The notes below the pieces were generated by a model. It was not told the origin of the DNA, searched no databases, and worked only from the letters and a program-made list of their open reading frames with translations. A stretch of 64,000 nt of DNA from Tubulanus polymorphus. Taxonomy: Eukaryota; Animalia; Nemertea. Positions within the stretch are counted from its first letter, which is position 1; each line of letters starts with the position of its first letter. The DNA lies in contig NC_134029.1 of assembly GCF_964204645.1 (NCBI RefSeq), positions 20,392,950-20,456,949 on the forward strand, read 5' to 3'. Shown here piece after piece: positions 57,401 to 64,000 of this stretch. A program made the translations under genes and the position numbers.

Positions 57401-60053
57401 TGGCCGTTCGTGAAATGCAACGTGCTCGTCGAAACCTGGGAGGACGGTACATTCATATCGGAGTTCGTATCTCACGAGCCGCAAACCGAGCCTACCGATC
57501 TGCAAGCGCGACTCGCTCAAATTGGTGTCGATATACTTTTAGAAATGGTACAAAATAATTTTCTATTTACCGTGAACCTGCGCTTAATCCTGACAAATCG
57601 AAACATCGAATCTCCAGACCATATCCAGAAAATTTTGTGAGCGTTTTTTCGGAGAGAAAAAAACAATTCTTAATTCTGAAAGATGTTATCATATCATCAT
57701 GTCATATCATTATTTAACATCAAAAAAGGCTTAGCACGTTTGCTGCTGGTTACGAATATACTTGTAGGCCTACTTCTGGTTCTGTCACCAATGTGGCGCC
57801 ATGTTACGGGCCGCGAAAGCTGTTTTTCAGCACTACAGTACGGAGATCGATCTTGAATCGATATCCGGAAATATTATAGCTAGGTGCTGGCAACACTGAT
57901 ATTGACAACTATTCATTTACAGTTTGATATTTGCTTTCTGGCGCATAGGAATGACACAGTTGGCAATATGAACAAACTCGCTCTTCATTCTCAATGCTCA
58001 TTGGTCAATTTCGAGCAAAAGCTTACTATGTAATAGCTCTCATGCCAAATGAAAATATCCTTATTGGCAATTGGAGACAACCCGTATTATCAAACTGGCA
58101 GCAAACTTTTTAAGCCTGTACACAAAGTCACAGATAGCCTCTTAATGTTGATGTTAAGTGTCCTTTGTGAAGAACATAGATGATGTACCTGTCTAAGATT
58201 GTTTTCCGTGAGGTGCTGCCATAAAAATGTCCTTTCGATGTCTAAAACATTTTGTTTCGACCTTTTCTATCGCAGATATTTGTAAATAACTTCGTACATG
58301 GCGACCTTCATCCCGGAAATATACTCGTGCAGAATGCTGAAAATTTTATGAGCCAGGTAACAAAAGTTTACTTCATTTTAAGCGAACAATGAATATTCTG
58401 CTAATTGATTGAACTGTGGTTTACTAGACTCTGTGAATTAATTCAATAATTGTAGGATCAGATCGTATTAGTAGATGTATGTGATACAGTAGTAGTGAAT
58501 GTACAGAAACCTGTCTGTCCGTTACGACTGGTTCTGCTGGATGCTGGTATTACCAGTTCCCTCAGCGAGAAGGATAAAGATAATTTCTCGGAAGTTTTCA
58601 AGGCTGTCATACTCGGTCAGGTCAGTAGCACAGTACATATAAAACCAAACAAATAAAACAATAAATATTCCATATTTAGCGCAAAAAAAAAAACATTTTG
58701 CATGGTCTCCAGGACTCCTTGATTCCTTAGAAACTCCTTTACGGTGTTTGAAATTCCTTTAATTTGAATAAAATGCCCTAAACTCCTTTAAAACTTTCAA
58801 TTTTGAGAAATAGGAAATCTTTTCGTAGACTACGCCTAAATTGTAACAGTACCCATTTATGAGGAGTCTACTGTAATTGAGGTTAGAAAGTGATGCAGAC
58901 GCTTCCTCGAAATTTTCTCCCTTAGAACTCCTCGAAAACCCTTTATATCCTGGAATGACTGATCTGTAGGGACCCTGTTTTGGTTTTAAACTACTTCTTT
59001 ACCTAGTAAGTACATACCATGCAAGCAATTGGAAATTCTAGCTTCTGAGATTGTCAGTATTTTTGAATGTTTTTTTTAGGGTGAACGAGTTGCTGAATTA
59101 TTCTTGAATCACTGTCCGCATCATGAGTGCGATGATAAAGAAGCTTTCATACGAGAATTAAATGATCTAATCGAGAAAGCAAGGAACCAGACAATATCCT
59201 TAGGAAAAGTGAGTAATTTTCATCTAACAGTAGTAGTCATCCACTTGGGAAGCAAATTTGGTGGGCTATCATGATATTAGGTTTATACATAAATCCACCT
59301 TAGACGCACATGCAGTCCAAAAAACTGGCCCAGTCAGAATCAAGGTGGTCAAGAATCTTGATGTTTGGTGTTTACATCTTAAATGAGATTTGAGGACAAT
59401 TGCCCCCATTGTCCTGATACACTTATGAGATAGTGGTGAGTTTCTGATAGATATTGAATATTGAAGAAATTGTCTAACATTCCATCAAGTGGGCATGGCA
59501 GGGATTATAGTGTCCATGACCCAGGACTTGCATATAATCTTCGTATAATCACTCTATTTGCATGGCATTGTCCAGAATCATTGTTTTTATTAGAGTTGAG
59601 ATAAATCATGTACTAGACCTGAAAATATCATGATCTGATATTCTGTACACCGTAGATGATATGTGACCAAAAGCTTCAAATTGTGGTCGCGTGGTAAGGC
59701 AATGCCATCGATTTTAGGATTTTAGAGCCCATTCAAGGCCTTGAACAGATCCATTCCCGTTTCAAAGCTTTTAAGCACCTTCAATGACTGCTATGAATCC
59801 TGGCATGGTGTTCCTATGTTACCCCCCTAGTTAACAGCAGTATTCGATATCTTCTTCGCAGATCCAAGTCGGCCATCTATTATCGGATGTGTTCTCGTTG
59901 ATGTGCAATCATAAAGTAAAACTGGAGAGTAACTTCGCGTCGATTGTTCTGGCTATAATGGTTTTAGAAGGGCTCGGTCGATCCCTGGATCCGACTCTGA
60001 ATATTCTACAACAAGCCACTCCAGTGTTATTGCCTAACTTAGCCGTCAACTAG
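54452..60053 (+). CDS. ADCK2: aarF/UbiB-family atypical kinase, ADCK2-like (likely mitochondrial)
   Basis: Exons 54452-55153, 55575-55680, 56011-56124, 56203-56294, 56629-56778, 57314-57547, 58276-58356, 58456-58620, 59080-59208, 59862-60053. Motifs: GPTFIKLGQWASTRRDLFS, GSGCVAQVYKA, VAVKVLHP, QIDLRCEA, NFVHGDLHPGNILV, LDAGI, HKVKLESNF, LEGLGRSLDP. Basic N-terminus. Confidence 0.9.
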
Positions 60054-63000
60054 CCGATCTCGATCCGAATTACCAGAACTGAATAGACGCGTTTGTCATC
60101 CATCAATTCGCTATTCGTTATGCTTTTATGTTATTTCTGTAAAGAAATTGATGCATTTAATCAAACTCAGTAGCGGGTATTGATTATAAATGTTCTGTTC
60201 GTTTGAATCTGTCTCGTAAATGCTTTTAACGTATACAATATAGCACGAGTTTCATCAGTCATGATGTTTAGTCATATTTGGCAGGCGTATTTCTTTCTTA
60301 CTTTATAACATGTATTGTATAGAAAATATTTGAATGATTGTTGTTAAAAATATTTGTTAAAATGATTTGTATTCATCATCAAATATGACAGTTTTATTAT
60401 AATTTGTGATAGCAGAACGTGGTATATCGCCGAGTGTAGATTTTGATTTACTGTGTACAGGGTCCCTAAGACACCTCAATTTTTTATTTACTAAATGGAA
60501 AATGCTTTTAAAGGCGCTTGAAATTACTTTAATTTGAGTGAAATGCTCATAACTCATTTAAGAATTTCTTCAGTTTTGAGAAATAGGCAATTAGAAAGAA
60601 ATTTTTGTCTAGTTTGTAGTTGTTGTACTGTAAACTATGCATAAATCAGTACAATTTGGATTTATTTTTACTCTATCAGACGGTTACCAAATGAGAAACC
60701 GAGTTTAAGTAGTGTAAAGGATAAAATTTGCTTACTAAACCACTGAATTAACGGTTTACCGAGATAAACAGTACTGATTTAGGAGGAGTTTATTGTAATT
60801 GGGATATGAAAGTGATGCAGACACTTCCTTAAAATCTGAAATTTTTTGCTTGAAAACTCCAGGACCCAGTTCCACAGTTGTGAGTTAGAGTTAACTCAGA
60901 GTCATAGTTAGTTCATTTTCAATGAGTTAACTCAGAGTCAAATCTTAATTCAGGACTGTGGAACTGGACCCAGGAACTCCAGGAATGACTGATTTGTACC
61001 CTGTCTTTATTAACGTGTTCAACTGTTCTAATGCAATCAGTATTTCATTCGTCAAATGAATGTTTTTACATTTTTAACATAAAATGATTTATTTTAATTA
61101 AATAAAGTTGCAAATATTGTGAAAAATAATATTTTGTGATTTCAGATTTTGTCCAAAAATAATTTTGTGGACTTTTGCGTAACGTTCAGTAGCATTGAAT
61201 GCCCGATAACGATCGCTGCAAACATTCTCAAAAAGCCGGCTTTCGAAACCAGCCTTCTGCATTTATTGATTCTCTATGGGGATAGCGTTGAATTATTGAG
61301 CAATTCATCAGGAATAAATGATGCCATTACCGGTATCTGTAGTATTTACTTCGTTTAGTAGATCAATGACAATTCTCTACGGAATGTAGCAGATGTCCTG
61401 ATGTGCCAATACAAAATGGTATGCTAGATTATTATGGCTGGTCTTATGTGGAAACTACAGTAAACCTTGCCTTACCAAACATGGCCAACTCGGACTTTCA
61501 ACTAACTCTGACTAAAACGAAATCATTTTTCTGACTTCCTTACATATTTTCCTATCCGAGTTGGGCGAGGTTTTCTAAATCCATGACGGCATTATTACTA
61601 GGATCAAAGATTGCGCAATGAAAATCTTTGATTTTAAAAATATGAATCGTTGAAATGTTCGTTTTACAACTACATTATATCATTTGATTTATCACTTCGA
61701 CTTATTCCGGCTTAATTTTAGACAGAAATATTTTGTAACGTTTTATTTGGTGACGCTTAATTTGATAGCAGAATGAAATATCATTGAAGGTTATTATCCG
61801 GGAAAAAAATTAGAAGAATATTTTATTACTGCTAATACAAGGTGTGAAATATATGCGTCGGCACACACGAGAAACAAGAGTATCCGATATTCATCAATAA
61901 TTTATTACACATCCATATGTACATAGAACCCTTGAAGTCATGAAGTCATTAAAACAGGATAAATACGGCTGCTTAGGTAATGAATTGCTACGGGTAACGC
62001 TCTCAACAAAAATACCCGAGAGTTACACAGCAATACACTCAGTACGAATACTAGACATCGCATTTTAAATTACAGAGAAGAGTTCATTAGGAACCATTCG
62101 TGTATAACATTCACATGAAATTACAATTTTTTTGTTGTGATGTTTTTTTTTATAGAAAATTTCCAGTTGCGCACAGCATAGACACAACATATAAATTGTT
62201 TTATTTTTAGTATTTGCCATTTTCTGCCCTGATTTTTAGTTACAGTTAAGTATCGCGTAGGTGATGGAAGCATCGGGTGATCAGTAAACCAGGAAATACC
62301 AATTCATGTATATAAATATGATAATTGAAATTGATATTAGATAGATCGGTAGCACCGAGTATTGTTAAGTAGTTTTCGGCGCATTGGCTTTTGAGCGTTT
62401 TGTCACATCAGTGTTAAGTTTTAGTACTTTGTGGTCTCGGAGATTCCTCGTACAATAGACATATTAGCGTACTTACTTACAGCATATCATTAGACCCCCT
62501 CGCCCTTACAGACTTGCACGCATCAGCCATAACCCCCCTCTCCCCCAACACGCGTACATAATAACTGAATGATCCCTCAGAATGAATTTCAGCTTTCTGA
62601 ACGGAAGCCTTAATGGAAACCGAAACCATAGCTGGGGAACAGCTACGTAATATCCCGCTGTATTAACAAACGAATAAAACGAATGTGACAATGAATTTCA
62701 AAATAAGCGAAGAATATATTTTTAAAGAGCATTCACATAAATCTCTAAAGGATATATATAGCAACATAGCACAACAACAGTGTTAACCATATTTAGGCAA
62801 TAGATTAGTTAAGCGAAAACCCACAACATAAATCTACACACCTGCTATTGTTTTATTCTTTACTTATTTGAAAATGAGATATAGTTACAATAGTAGGGTG
62901 TTGCACCAGGAACCTATTCAGAAGGAATACCAGTATTAACAGGGGATAGAGGACGAAATCAGACGACAGTTTCCATTGAGGAGAAAAACCAATACTTATA

Positions 63001-64000
63001 TTAACAGGATTTTTACAATATGAGATGACCGCATCAGGAATAAAACAAAAGCAGGTGCATTCGGTTTATATTACGAGTTTTTGCTCTATGATATTCGAGA
63101 CTGGAAATAGTCTCAACTATTTACATTAACCAATAGATTTTTTGGTCCTTTGTTTGCCGATCGCAAAAAAAGGCTTCGTCGATCATCAGGGCCTGAAAGC
63201 CACAAATATTGCGTTTTTACGTACAAAAAATAAATCTACTACTTATTTCAGCAGCTAAAGCTGTGCATCTACGATGATGAAGTGTTACCAGTGCATAACT
63301 TAAACATATCATCTGGACAATGAATAAAATCAAGCTTGCAGCATTATATCGGTATTTCTGACGAACATAATCTTTAAAACAATAGACTACTTTCATCTCC
63401 TTTTATCTAGTCGATAACATAGTAGAAATGTAACGGTACACAATGCAACCTCAATGGGCGTTTAAACTCTGGTATGGTTTGCTGTCAGCACCCTAGACTT
63501 TTGTTATGTTTTTGTTCATATACCAGTTAGTCGAAATAGCGTAGTGAACGTTACTGTTACCTAAGCTCGCCATAATCTTAATCATACATATTCACATGAA
63601 TACATTCACTATTTTTTGAATATGGTAATATGTGACTCAGGCTGACTTTCAATAGTTCTGTTATCAAGGGCGGAGCCAAGAGGGGGACCAGGGTACTGAA
63701 AGGCTCAAAATTAACTGTAAAGTGGTGAGCGCCTCAGGCGCAAAGCCACCAAGAGTTTTGGGTCCTCTTCGATAAAATTGTGAAATTTTGGTGTTCTCCG
63801 AGGGCTGTCACAAGGGAATAATTCATATTTCTTAGCAAAATGAAAAGAAAAAATGTTCATTATGGATCCGCCCTTGGTTATGACTGAGTAAGACAAAGCC
63901 AATGCTCATAAAATGATCACTGCAATAAGTTTCAGTTGTTATGAATATTTACATTATACTTACAAAAAGAAACTGATGGATTCATATTCGTACAATAATA

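Noticed and set aside
61100-64000. Short ORFs at the window end
   Set aside because: No recognisable motifs or exon chain. The region looks like UTR or intergenic DNA with MITEs.

Overview
Intron-rich, AT-rich animal (probably invertebrate) genomic DNA. The species cannot be fixed from the sequence. It holds three coding loci: (1) an ATP8B-class P4-ATPase flippase on + (5' end outside the window, stop at 20091); (2) two head-to-tail SLC6/NSS transporter units on - (50689 to 25730); (3) an ADCK2-like UbiB kinase on + (54452-60053), head-to-head with the SLC6 locus. Many MITEs, tandem duplications and microsatellites are interspersed. Main observations, all read and paired by eye: (a) the flippase has four paralogous 99-nt exons for the TM1-TM2 lipid entry gate, a likely mutually exclusive cluster, separated by introns that fold into long G-U-rich hairpins; (b) its UGA stop sits in a readthrough context (UGA-CAA-CUA plus a stem-loop 8 nt downstream) before a 90-codon in-frame extension; (c) the two SLC6 units can be spliced in frame into one ~1,700-aa, 24-TM protein whose second half has degenerate transport motifs; (d) an inverted pair of Penelope-like fragments carries minimal hammerhead ribozyme cores.
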